DNA from: Phoronis australis
Lineage: Eukaryota > Animalia > Phoronida
Assembly: GCA_002633005.1 (NCBI GenBank)
Contig: NMRA01000193.1
Coordinates: 369,527 to 433,526 of the forward strand
Reading direction: 5' to 3'
DNA: 64,000 nt
Positions 27,991 to 41,175 of the stretch are shown piece after piece; the stretch's first letter is position 1, and each line of letters opens with the position of its first letter. Below the pieces are notes generated by a model, which searched no databases, was not told the DNA's origin, and saw only the letters and a list, made by a program, of their open reading frames with translations. The position numbers and the translations under genes are program-made.

Positions 27991-29064
27991 TTGTCAAGTA
28001 CTCCAAGACAATAGTGCTTTAACAATGAAGACTAACCTTATAGAACATGGAGCACTCTGGTAGCCTACTTGTTAAAACAGACACTGCAAGCTGTTTGTAT
28101 ATGAAAGGATTAAATGCAGCAAAAAGACCACTGATTGTCCAAGAGTGTTACTCAACTGAGCACAGTCAGGTTTTTATAACAATAGAGTCTAATTGTCAGT
28201 GAGGCGATGAATAAGGTTCACTAAACCAATGTGAACACTATGCCTCTAAAGTGTTACCATACTTCCACAGCAGTTTCCAACCTCATCCCTACATGTGCTC
28301 TAATATGGCACTGAGTGGACAATCAGCAAAACACTACACCAAACTCCCAATTGTACACACCCAGACCTTGTGTTTGCCAACACATGGAGAAACTCTTGAA
28401 AACCAAAGACGCAAAAAACATAACACAAGAAAAAACATAAAAATTCTATAACCAGTATACCAGCTGTCCAATTCCGCCAGCCATAAATCTGTGGAACACA
28501 TTTATCAACTCCATAATTTGTAGAATTACAAGCATAGCTGATGCATTTTCCACTTGCCTCTACCCCATGACCATTATCACCAGATGGTAAAGGTGGGACT
28601 TAGCAACATAAACAGTCCCCAAACATGATGAGCCAGAGGCAGTACACCAGTTTGGCATCTAATATAATGTGAATTACTGCTGGCTCTTCATAGCTCACAC
28701 AAATCTCAACAATCATCACTGTTCTACCCTCTTTACCTCTACTAATGCCAAGGGCACCTTTCATCAGCTTGCTCATTACCTACCTACTAAATGCTCAAAT
28801 CCAGGAGTTGGGTACTTGCCCATTCTTGGCTTGAGGTTAGTCCTAAAAATCGCACCCTACCTTCTAAGTTTCCTAAAACTAATTGGTTCCAGGGAAACAC
28901 AATTCCAAAAAAAAAAAAAACTAGCAGTGACAGACTGAACAACACTTGATTGGATTACAATCAACATGGTCCTGATAGAATCCCCACTTCTGTTTTATTC
29001 ATTTAAAAGCATAGGATAACATATGTTTGGGGATAAAATCTCCCATATGTTCATTCTGAAGGGT

Positions 29065-29099
29065 ATGTAAGACTTATGTAAGACTTATGTAAGACTTAT
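29065..29099. repeat. 11-bp tandem repeat (ATGTAAGACTT) x3
   Basis: Directly visible. Confidence 0.85.
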
Positions 29100-29829
29100 C
29101 AACAAGCCTGTGAATTTAGCCAAATATGTTCATAAGTATAGAATTCAACTTTTTGTAAAACTATACTATGTAGAAAACTTACAGAATTTGATTTTATACT
29201 AATCTGTCATGTGAACATACCTTCCTCAATAATATTTACCAAACACGGCGTTCAAGATGAAACCTAATCTCTAGAAAAATGTTACACGTTTCTAAATTAT
29301 TATTTTGTGTGCCTTTTGAGCAACTTGAATTTCTTCATGAACATCATAAAAGTCCGATTTTTACAGACCCTCAATCAAAAAGTAGTTTACAAATAATTCC
29401 AGTGTCATGGAGAACTGTACATAAGGCAAACCATGTGAGGGTTTCATGTGAATCCAATCAAAAACTTTTGAGATATGACATTGCGAAGTTAGCAAAATTT
29501 AGACATTTTCTAGGGCTCTACACAGAGTGTTGCATCAAAACATCAAATCATAACGGATATCCTGGAATCGAAAACAGACTTCCGCACCTTCAAACAGCTA
29601 ACTATGTTGACTATTGCTAAAATTTGTCCCAAGCAGGAGAGATTTTACCATAATAGCACTACTGGGCAAACAGCAGGAGAAAGCCATCATGGATATGCTG
29701 GTTCTGCATTACAATGGAGATCATCTCATGAGCACTACCATGGCAGCACCACCATAGGCATTGGTTTCTATGATAGCATACTCGCAGATGGTTTATAACA
29801 AAATACTTGCATCTTGACACTATTTCTGA

Positions 29830-29967
29830 CATGAAAACTATTACCCCATGAAAACTATTACCCCATGAAAACTATTACCCCATGAAAACTATTACCCCAT
29901 TAAAACTATTACCACATGAAAACTATTACCACATGAAAACTATTACCCCATGAAAACTATTACCCCA
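29830..29967. repeat. 17-bp minisatellite (ATGAAAACTATTACCCC) x8
   Basis: Directly visible. Confidence 0.95.
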
Positions 29968-31205
29968 ATGTCACAACTGCGTCTACATTCTCAAAACCCA
30001 CTTCAAGTAAAACAATTAGTAATGTATGCTATTATTGAAAACACAATCGAACAAGATCAACAGAACCAAATACATACCCAACTAAGTGATCCTACAGCAA
30101 GTGTCCCATTATTGCCAATCCATGCAGTATATGAGGTAACCTTGGGCTATAGAATCCCCCACAGCCAAGTAGCTGCTTTAACAACCACACAGCAACAGTT
30201 GACACAGCTCAACACAACAGGTACAACTTCTACTCTGAGCTGCCTCACAGACACTGTTCTGTCAACCTGAACTACATACTCCAATGGCCATGAATCATTT
30301 ATCATCAGAACAAAGGCACATAAGTCAGCTGAGGGATATGAAACCTGCAAGCAGCTAATGGCTGCCATTGCTCTTTGGTGGCCAAATGGCACGAAACAGT
30401 TCGTTTACCCACTAGCCACCCTTGAAAAGCCCCTCGGTATTCAGGTAGCCCTATATCTCAAGGTGATCATTATCGTTCATGTTGTTATAGACAATAATGT
30501 ATAGATAAGGACCAAACAGAAAGATGAAAATACAAGAAGCGATTTAAAGCTAAAGCCATAGCTATACAGGTATATCTCATCAGCAGGTGATATACCATCA
30601 AGAAAAAAAATACAAGATAAGACAGTCGAGGTAAATAATGCCTGAAGATATAACACAGAGAGACCCTGGAGGTAATCTTCAGTTACCTTCCATTAGCTTA
30701 TTAAAAAAAACTAATAGAGAATAGAAAACACAAGTATTGATCAAGCAAACAAGAATAGATATCAGCATTTGCCCAGACTCAACAACAACAATACAAGTAT
30801 TTACGTCAAAAGATGCAAAAAAACCAACAACACCTGAAAGTGCTACATTACAAGCCGTTGTAGTGGCATATCAGTATTACTACTAGAAAAAAGGCATCAA
30901 TAAGTGCACATATTTGATTCCACACAGCATGTTGTGTAACAGATGTTGGTAAAATATCAAAGGGGAGAGAGATGAGAAGTTATTCACACACACTTGAGCT
31001 GTGTTCCACAGATGCAAGACAATTGTGAGAAACATTAAGTGTCATCACGTGCTTGCAATGAATGGCAATAGCTTCCAAAAACTTGCGTTATCTTGCATTT
31101 TTGCGTCGACAGAACATAGCTGAGGTTTCATGACCAACTGAAGTCAGTAAGTGGCTAACACCTCTGGAAGTCCAACAGTAATGGCAGCGCTCTTCTCACA
31201 CTTTC

Positions 31206-31680
31206 GGGCCTTTCATGCCAATGTCCATGTCTCAGTGTTTTGGAGAGTGTTTATCAATGTTAAAGGTTAATTTCAGTATTGGATCCAAATTAAAAGAGCA
31301 AGTTAACTTGGCTGTAAATATATAGAGAATTCAACAGCAGAAAGTGGAGGGTTAACTTTAGTGTCATATGTTATCAGCAGGTGTCACTGTCAATAACAGC
31401 ATGTGTTGTATCATTTTTCAAATAACCATCATTCTACCATTACAAGCCCTTCACCTCATTAATTAACTGACCATATATATCATACTTAAATTCAATTAAG
31501 CTACACCAGCACAACAGTTTTGGAACGCCACCTTGCCACAACTTCGATGACCCAGAAATTAAACTATAATAGCTTATAAGTGTCTGCCAATTAGCCAAGC
31601 TCGTGCTCAACTTCACTTTGTTAATTAAACGTTACTTTAAAAGCCACACCTGAGATGGTCATACCTGTGAGGTCATGTCT
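31206..31680 (-). mobile_element. Old, degenerate copy of MITE family A
   Basis: GGGCCTTTCATGCCAATGTC...GTTTTGGAGAGT aligns with 39400ff, and AACGCCACCTTGCCACAACTTCGATGAC aligns with ~39752ff. The right boundary is approximate. Confidence 0.6.
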
Positions 31681-32116
31681 CAAACTATCTAAATAAAAGT
31701 TATCCAATATGAACACCACCCTCCCATCAAAATACCTTAGGACAGTCCTCACAAAATTAGAACTTGGCAAGCTATATTTGATGCTAATATCCAAGCTGTG
31801 AACACTGTTTACAGTTCAAGAGGCATGTTGTTTATACACACCTTCTAAAATATTTATGACTACTTCCCCAAAACAATCTCTGACTTGACATTAAACAGTC
31901 TCTCATCAATAAACAACCATCTGAGCACAATTACTTCAGCAAACAGTTAAGAAATGCTTGAAGCACAACAGTTCTCTTGGAACTGGGGCCACAAAAGAAA
32001 GTTGTGAATTATCAAAATTATAACCATGAGAGACCGTTTTCTTTGAGAAAACATTTCTAAAACATTAGTAGACATTATATTTTACATTTTCAACAACAAG
32101 TAACTTGGGAGAACCG

Positions 32117-32549
32117 TGCCCGGATGCATGAAACAGTCCCAAATAGGGACTCAACTAAGTTCCCTAAATCTACTGCGTATTTTTGGACTTGTGAAAACAC
32201 CAATTGCACTTTCTTGTATTGCTTTAGTTTCATTACTAAGTCAACTTTTGACTTTGATACAAATCGAGAGTGAACCCTACCTTGAATTGTCAATATTATT
32301 GGAAATAATTAGGTGTCTTTTCATGCAACACCCTAATTTAAGGACTGAGTCCCTGTTTATTTTCATTGACCTCTGTGCTCTGTTTATAGAAATAGTATTA
32401 AAAAATGTCATTAACGAAAGAGGAGCTCATAATAAAGATGAAAAGATAGAAACATATTTCATCTGTGAGTCCATAAAGACACAAAATACACAGAAAGACT
32501 TAGGGACCTTAGTTGAGTCCTTATATGGGACTGTTCCATGCAACCGGCC
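32117..32549. mobile_element. MITE with ~50-bp terminal inverted repeats (possibly Harbinger-derived)
   Basis: CCGGATGCATGAAACAGTCCCAAATAGGGACTCAACTAAGTTCCCTAAATC matches the reverse complement of GACTTAGGGACCTTAGTTGAGTCCTTATATGGGACTGTTCCATGCAACCGG. No clear TSD. Confidence 0.75.
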
Positions 32550-34633
32550 AACGAATTCTTTAAAAAATTTGATGTCAGAAGCTTAACATTTTCCCATATG
32601 ACTAAAGAATTTCAAAGCCTGAAAAAGGTAACATAAAAATATCTTGAAAACATCACCAAGACATTAAATTATCTCCAATAATTGCCACAGTAGTGTATCA
32701 CAAGTGCTTTACAATACAGCAAAACACCAAAGACGGAATTCCTAAGATAGAAAATGTCTGAGGACAGAAAACTTATGATTGTTTACCTTAGATCATGTAA
32801 AACAAGCCAGATACTTCACAATATGCCATTCACAGCTAGTGTAAACACAGACCTGAATCTACAAACACACAGTTTGTTTACAATAATCTTGCACATGTCA
32901 TCTGCTGGCATACTTACTTGTCAACAAACCCAAGAGTACAAACATTATAAAACTAAAGATGGGTGATAAGATATAAGTAAAAACCCAACTTTCATTTCCT
33001 CGCTTTTCAGTGGAGGTGAAATGTGGCAAAGTGTATTTTAGATAATTTGAAAATTCATGAATTTTTGGAGAAGTAAAGAAACAAGAAAAGGCCATTTAAA
33101 TACGATTCCTTCCGATTCCAATGCTTAATATTAATGAAAAGGAAACTGCTTTTTGGTTATCTAAGGCCCAATAAGACAGGGTTGGTCAATGTACAAAATT
33201 TCCAAACTGCCAATTATAAAACCAAGTTAAAGTAAATTAGACATTGCTAACCAGGAGTCAACAAGAACAAGTGTACAGGGGTGAGCACTGGCATGTCCAC
33301 TATGCTGCCATCTATTGACCATTAACACAACTGGCATGAAGACTTCTTGTTTGCTTAAGAACAAGCAAGGGACTGTTTATGCAAAAATAAAGGTCCCCAA
33401 GATCTAAATAGTCTTTAAGTAAATTTTACCATGTGTCACCAAAACTCTTAACATCACTACAAAACCTATATTCATTCTAAGAAACTACCAATAAAAAAAT
33501 GCTGGTCTCCTCTGGTCTTTTCAGTAATCCTGCACCACCCTTACAACTGACTGAGTCACCATACAGTAATCAGGTAACTGGGGCACTTTCTCCATGTGCT
33601 TCAGACAGATCTTTTACTAATCCACTTTGATTACACCCCTCAGAAAGAGAGGACGAAGGGGGGATTATGTCAAGTTATAACAGGCAATAGAAGCTCACCA
33701 CCTGAAAATCAATTATTCAACTCAAGTCACATGCAAATGTGGGTGTCAAAATTACAGGTTGGTACAACTGATGATGCGTGTATCCCCTTTACTTCTTCCT
33801 GCAGAGAAAACATTGGTTTCAGACTCTTCAGCTTCCAAGTCTAACAATAACTGCTACAGAAACAACTAGTTGTACAACAAAATACAAACAAGCCATTAAA
33901 AGCTATTGCCTCAGCACAAGATAATACAGTCAAGCAGTCAATAAAAACAAGCTGCATTTTCTCAAAAACATACCACAACAGCACAATGAAAATAGAGAAG
34001 AGAGACACACATGGCAAGAGAGGGGGTGACCTCTCACGGATTTTTTGATATTACTAAATGATACCGAAGTGGAGAACGAGATTTTCAAGTGAAGGCAGTA
34101 TGTGAATTGCAGATACAGAGTGAGGCAAAGGACTAAACCTGTATTCTATGGTTGATTACAGGGCTAAGTTTTATTACAACACAATTATGAAGTAATGACA
34201 ATCCACACTAGCTAGATCAAAAGGATCTGATGAAATCCTATCCTATAACCAATTGAAATCTATAATGATATCAAGTTTATTAGACAAGATAGCCAACAGT
34301 GGAGAGATAGGAGTAGTAGTAGGATTACAGCTCTTATTGTTGGTACAGTCATGATGGGTAGTAAATTATTACATAGTGACAACTGGTTTATGTAGATGAC
34401 AGTACAGTTAGATTTAATGAGGGTAATATGAACCTTGATAATCCCAGAAGGAAATTTTCCTGGCAATAACCAGTTTACACAGCACTTAACTAACTAGAGA
34501 GAACTAGTAGGAGAGATTACAAGTATTTATTCTTCACTCATTTAGCACGCAATATGTCTGACAAGGGAAATCTGTGTTTAGTTAAATTTCTCCAGAAAAG
34601 CTAAGACGAGAGCATTTTAGTTGATTACAAGTA

Positions 34634-36404
34634 CAGCGCACGATTTGGCGACCTGCAAGTTGCCAATGTGACCTCAGATTGTGTTCGGCGACCTGGAAAA
34701 AGTCGCCATGAAGCACTGCAAGTATCAAAATCATACATTAATTCCCCAAAATTAGTTTCAAAGTTTGTGTTGACTTACCGTAATCGTTCGGGTTAACGCC
34801 CTGGGCGGTTAAATTGGCGAACCCAAAAAATCGGGGGTGGGCGGTTAACCAGACATGGGCGCTTAAACGTGAAATTTCAAGAAATCGGGGGGGGCGGTTA
34901 ACTGAACATGGGCGCTTATTACGACAGGCAACCGCCCTGGGCGGTTAATCTTACCTTATGATCTGAGTCACCACACGTACTAAGCCACATACTGGGATCG
35001 CCTAACANNNNNNNNNNNNNNNNNNNNNNNNNNNNNNNNNNNNNNNNNNNNNNNNNNNNNNNNNNNNNNNNNNNNNNNNNNNNNNNNNNNNNNNNNNNNN
35101 NNNNNNNNNNNNNNNNNNNNNNNNNNNNNNNNNNNNNNNNNNNNNNNNNNNNNNNNNNNNNNNNNNNNNNNNNNNNNNNNNNNNNNNNNNNNNNNNNNNN
35201 NNNNNNNNNNNNNNNNNNNNNNNNNNNNNNNNNNNNNNNNNNNNNNNNNNNNNNNNNNNNNNNNNNNNNNNNNNNNNNNNNNNNNNNNNNNNNNNNNNNN
35301 NNNNNNNNNNNNNNNNNNNNNNNNNNNNNNNNNNNNNNNNNNNNNNNNNNNNNNNNNNNNNNNNNNNNNNNNNNNNNNNNNNNNNNNNNNNNNNNNNNNN
35401 NNNNNNNNNNNNNNNNNNNNNNNNNNNNNNNNNNNNNNNNNNNNNNNNNNNNNNNNNNNNNNNNNNNNNNNNNNNNNNNNNNNNNNNNNNNNNNNNNNNN
35501 NNNNNNNNNNNNNNNNNNNNNNNNNNNNNNNNNNNNNNNNNNNNNNNNNNNNNNNNNNNNNNNNNNNNNNNNNNNNNNNNNNNNNNNNNNNNNNNNNNNN
35601 NNNNNNNNNNNNNNNNNNNNNNNNNNNNNNNNNNNNNNNNNNNNNNNNNNNNNNNNNNNNNNNNNNNNNNNNNNNNNNNNNNNNNNNNNNNNNNNNNNNN
35701 NNNNNNNNNNNNNNNNNNNNNNNNNNNNNNNNNNNNNNNNNNNNNNNNNNNNNNNNNNNNNNNNNNNNNNNNNNNNNNNNNNNNNNNNNNNGCGTTTCCT
35801 ATTAGCACAGGGCGGTAATCACCAATCGTCAAAAGTAGGGGATGGGCGCTTAACCGAGAGGTGGGCGCTTAATTGGAAATCTTCAAAAATAGCAGGGGGG
35901 CGGTTAACCGAGCAGTGGGCGGTTAAATCGAAAATCCACCTAAAGCAGGGGTGGGCGGTTAACTGAGCATGGGCGTTAACCCGAACGATTACGGTAAATG
36001 ACTAACAGTGTTCCTAGAATGAATAACTTTGGTTCACAAATGTTCCGTTTATTTCTTGAAATCAGCGTATTTGCCACCACAGCAGTGAGCACACATGAAG
36101 CATGCGCTTAAATTAGAACAGGAAGTAAACAGACAGGCAAAAATCGGTCAAGATTGGCGAACTACGTGCCACCAGCGCATGGTATGGTCTGCGTTCTTAA
36201 TTCATTCGTTGGCCGGAGGAATTAAGTTAGAGAATGAATGTACACTATTGGGGAGGTACTCGTACTGTATGACCTTTTTTAGCCGGACAAATTTTATGTC
36301 AAACTGGCAACCTCGGGTTCCGTTCAGCGACGTGCGATCTTCAGTTTTGGCAACCTCAAATTGCACTTCATGCAACGTGGCGTTGGCCCAAGAGGCGAGC
36401 GCTG
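34634..36404. mobile_element. Unclassified DNA element with CAG termini and a 5-bp TSD, interrupted by a Tc2-like element
   Basis: AAGTA|CAGCGCACG ... CGAGCGCTG|AAGTA (8/9 TIR match), with a repeated TGGC(G/A)ACCT motif near both ends. Confidence 0.5.
34778..35994 (+). mobile_element. Tc1/mariner superfamily (Tc2/pogo-like) non-autonomous element, family B; interior mostly a gap
   Basis: TA|CCGTAATCGTTCGGGTTAACGCCC ... GGGCGTTAACCCGAACGATTACGG|TA, a perfect 24-bp TIR. N gap at 35008-35791. Confidence 0.85.
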
Positions 36405-38132
36405 AAGTATGGTTTGCAACGAAGAGATGTCACAAAACAACATTTGCTAAAGTTCCAAATATTTGCATCAAGTTAATAAGCTATTGAAAAATGAAAAATG
36501 ACAATTTTGGATTTTTGTGAGATGTACCTTGAGAATTATGATATTCAGTATAACAATACTATAGTCTAATGGGGACCTGATAACAAAGATATATTGGAAA
36601 ACAGGTTAAGAAAAATGGTATTAGAAAACGCAAAATTTTTAAAATTAAATATATGCAATTAAAAAGGCTCACCACAAAACTGGAAACAACTGTGTGAACA
36701 GTACCAGGATTTAAAAATACCTTGGGAATGCGTAAACAGGTTTGGCAAGATGTACATAAGTTGATTACATTTGGTAACAATCAGTTTCTTGTCATATTTT
36801 TACTGAAGGAGCCGCATAACTTGTTTTGGCTCATACTCATTATAGTTTGGTAAAAACACAGGCAGTGGACAACAGCAGGTGTCAATGTTTCAGGGAATGT
36901 CGATCAGTAGGAATGACTAACTTAGGTCTTGAGTCAAAGCTAAGGTCGCAAGTTAATTGGCTTTATTTCACTTATTACCTGTACAAATTTAACTTATCTT
37001 CTTATTTAAAAATTATGCATATTTTTGGAGCCCCACCTTGCCAAAAATTCAATGACAGACCATCAAGAAGCGACAACATTGATGCTGGTTAGTAAGCCTA
37101 CTTGAAAGGTTCAGCCAAGTTGGTAGTTTACATCCTTACTCCTCTTGTACCCGGGGTTAAGTTGATAGGAAACAGCATATGCAACTGGGCAGAGCGTAAT
37201 CTTTCCATTGCCTAACAACAGGTTAGATTGACACCACTTCTGAGCAGCATGCTAGATAGAGTTTTAACAAGGCGAGAGGTTACATTGGGTTAACACGCAC
37301 CCGGCAGAGCATAATGACAAGTAATCTGCACCAGTGACAGTGATAATCCCCCCACGGGAACACCTAGGAGGTAGTGTAAATCCAAGCTGTGATCCCCGTA
37401 AATGCCATCACCTGCGCATAGCTAATGCCAGAGGCTTATCACTGCCGGCTGCTTATTGGAAGCCTGATATTCAATGGTCACCTGAGTGTCGATGAAGTGG
37501 CCAGGCACGTTATCGCAGTGTACACAGATAGTGCGGGATAATGTCACATTGATGAGCTGATATTAATCATGTCACTTACTTCTGTCAGACATGCCACACA
37601 ACTAGCTCACCCTGGTGGACAAGAATATATGGCATGTGATCTGGAAATTGCTTGGCTTTACATGTAACATAGCAAAATAATCTGCCCAATACTCAGAATT
37701 CACGTGACCTCACAAACTGAATTTAACATTTTACATTGCTATATTAGAAATTATTAAACATAACAAGCAAAAATATAAACAACTAATAAAAGTTTGGCAA
37801 ATTCTATTCAAAACGGGTGCAACTGCCAAGCTTCAGGGAACTATCTCAAAAGCCACTGGTAGGGTCAAGTCACCAAGAAACAGGAACTCACAGCTAACTC
37901 AGCAGCTAAGTACATATAATTTTCACATAAGTAGTCATGCATTACGCCTTCATAAACATCTTCAATTAGCCATGAAAAAACAGTCTTTCATGTTTAACTT
38001 CACATTTTAAAAGAAAGTACTAAACATCATGGCTTCAGAGCCATGCACTACTCACATCAATAACCACACATTGCTCCATTCAACATCCCACATGCCAACA
38101 CTGCTGTTTGTCATGAGCAAATTGAACACAGT

Positions 38133-38440
38133 ATTGATCAAAAGTAAGGTATTTCGCCTTAACCTGATTGAACATTAGTATTTTGACTTCACCAGATTGA
38201 ACAAAAGTCTTTTGCCTTTACCAGATCTAACAAAGGTATTATGACTATCAGAATGAACAAAATTATTTTGCCTTCACTAGAATGAACAAAAGTGTTTTGC
38301 CTTCTCCAGATTGAACATATGTATATAAACTTCACTAGATTGAACAAAAGTATTTTGCCTTTACCAGAAATAACAAAGGTATCTTTCCTTTATCAGAATG
38401 AACAAAATTATTGTGCCTTCACTAGAATGAACAAAAGAGT
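38133..38440. repeat. 29-bp minisatellite (~GATTGAACAAAAGTATTTTGCCTTCACTA) x~10-11
   Basis: Directly visible, with degenerate units. Confidence 0.9.
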
Positions 38441-39399
38441 TACCAATTGAGAACTCAATAGTCAACAATAGGGGAGTTGCAACTGAATCGATTTAACGAT
38501 TGCGCATGTCCGGAAATTAGGGTGCGCAAAGGCTACTGGGATTGTTGATGGTAAACGGGATGGCCGACTGGTTTGCACGACGTGTAATTTGTGNCCAGTG
38601 GTGCCCACAGAGACTTATTAAAACTGAAGAAGCCCAATCAAAGTTGATATCAACATTCCAACACAGGAACGTGGTCTCACAGTCAGCCAAGGAAACACAG
38701 TCGTGTCTGCACAGCAACCCTGTGAGTACCCAACTATTAAACCCAAACACTACTGCAAAAATCCCCTCGATTTGGAATCCCATTATGGCATGACGGTTAG
38801 TTTATCTGAGAAGTGATCAGCTAAATTAATAACACTGATAATTGTGTGTGTAAAATAGTTGATAAGACAGACAAGATATGAGAGCTGAGCGCAGTACAAG
38901 TGTTAGACATGATTGTGATTACACCAATGTGTGATCAGGTCAACAGAGGCAGATTGAAGATTTCATGAAACAATGGAAAGAATATTATGGAACCAGTAAT
39001 TGCGTAAAACCACAGCTGACGGCAATGTAGCAGGGTTCGACCAGATATCCAAACACGGCACAAATTGCTTGAGATTGGCATGGTTTAGTGTTAGTTAAAA
39101 AACGAAACAATTATAAGAGTTATTTTCACTTACTAAGCATCTCAATATTTCAATCACTTGATTAGCAGAAACTTTCCAAACATGACTCAAGACTTATGAC
39201 TAGAACTTTTCCAACATCATGCAGCACCATAAATACAGGGAAAAACAAAGCCTTGACATTTGCTTTTGTACTCTCCCGCCCATTCCCACTTTGGTGCCTA
39301 CTCATAATATAGCCAGCCTCTGGTTCATTTGATCCAAAGGATGGGACCACACAATTCAATTGCTAGTAAGCTACCTGAAGCCCGTGTCAGACAGACTAA

Positions 39400-39902
39400 A
39401 GAGCCTTTCATACTAACGTCGACGCGTGGATGGTTTGGGGAGTTGCGGTCAGTATGAAAGCTTAACTCCGGTCCTGGATCGCAGTTAACAGCTCCAGTTA
39501 ACATCGCAGTTAACAGGTGGATTTAATAGCGCAGCATCGACACTGCGGTGCAGTATGAACACTTAACTTCGGTTCAATCGAAGTTATCGCCAGGTGCCAC
39601 TGTTATCGCCAACAGTTACAAGGTAGTGCCGTCACTAATAGCTGCTTATATTTTGCTCTAATAGTAACCAATCGATTTAAAAATAAGTTTAATGTCACTT
39701 AGCACATGTAAATGTTTCCAAATTGAAACACTGAAAAAAATCTTAGCGTGCAACGCTACCTTGCAACAACTTCGATGACGACAGCGGCACCAACCGCTTA
39801 CTTCGATGTTCATTAACTACCGAAGCCAGTGTGAACGTTCCAGTTAACTGCGCTGTTTACGTCGACGCTCCAGACCGGAGTTAAGTCAATATGAAAGGGC
39901 CT
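39400..39902 (-). mobile_element. Full-length young copy of MITE family A (PIF/Harbinger-like)
   Basis: AGAGCCTTTCATA ... TATGAAAGGGCCT TIRs with TAA/AAA flanks. It is the reverse complement of 58390-58899 at high identity. Confidence 0.9.
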
Positions 39903-40652
39903 AAATACCAGGCCTACCAGGACAAAGCAGAAATGATACCCACCTACTATATTAACATTCATGTACAGACTACACTAGTCCAAAGAACTAGATACACTTG
40001 TTCGGTCACAACAAAAGTGCTAGGCAAGCAAACAAACACCAACAGATAAATCTAAATCTATTTCATGAGAAAAACGAAGTCTTCTTCCATCAGCAGTATT
40101 CTGAAATCACAAATGTGTCAAGTGATTTTCATCACCATGATATATTTCCCATGAAATTGGAAAATTGATATAACATCTAACAATAATATACTATAAATAC
40201 AAAAAATAACAAAATCTTTCAAATTTCAAAAAAAAAGTTACGATTTCTTCATTTTTCTAAAAAGCTAAAATTATTGTGAATGACAAATTTTTCAAAATAT
40301 TTTGTAATGATAGCTATGACACAGAGGTTGAAAACTACAAAGCACTTCTTTGGCGCTAAGGTAATTATATACATACTTAGCACACTCACCTCATATTGCA
40401 CACAGAAAATTATTTGTAAAAATAACACTTTGTCACTCATTTATTTAGCACGAGGCTACTTGGTGGGGGAACTTCTTGCCTCACCTGATTTGCAGTCAGT
40501 TTTGCACTTCGGAAAATATCAATGCAAAGGACCTGTCAATAATTCTAGTACTGTAATACAACTTAATTAAATATGTTAATAAGGTCTGAATACAATGTAC
40601 ATTCACCATTTACTTCATCCCACATCCATTCATACCGGCTTCCTCATCCTGA

Positions 40653-41175
40653 AGGCCCTTTCATACTGACTTAAATCCGGTCTGAGCGGAGTGTCAACAT
40701 AAGCTTCGAAGTTAACCGAACCATTCATACTGGCTTCGGTACTTAACGGACGTTGAAGCAAACAGTAGTCAACGCTGTTGACATTGAAGTAATCGCAAGG
40801 TAGTGCTGATGCATCGCGTGCACGCTAAGATATTTTAAATGCCTAACTTTCGCAAAATGGGGATATTTAAATTTGCTAATTGACATACAGCTTATTTCTA
40901 ATTCGATTGATTATTTGAGGAAAATATGAAGAACTATTAGTGACGACAATGCCCTGTAATTGTTGACGTTCACAGTGCACCCTGGCAATAACTTCCATGA
41001 GACCGAAAGTGACCGTTCATACAGCACTGCAGCGTCGACGCTCCGCTGTTAAATCGACCTGTTTAGTGCGAAATTAACTGGTGCTGTAAAGTTCGATTCA
41101 GGACCGAATTTAACCATTCACACTGACTGCAATTCCTCAAAACATCGATGGGTTGACATTAGTATGAAAGGGCCT
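40653..41175 (+). mobile_element. Full-length copy of MITE family A (diverged subfamily)
   Basis: Perfect 15-bp TIR AGGCCCTTTCATACT / AGTATGAAAGGGCCT with TGA/TAA flanks. Confidence 0.9.

Noticed and set aside
32116-32586. 156-aa hydrophobic ORF
   Set aside because: It coincides with a MITE, starts at a non-ATG codon and has no recognisable domain.
33793-33798. Possible 6-nt micro-exon (ttttctctgcag|GAAGAA|gtaaag) on the minus strand
   Set aside because: The donor is mediocre and the tract is short, so it cannot be supported without reads.
35002-35832. 276-aa ORF
   Set aside because: Almost entirely an N gap.
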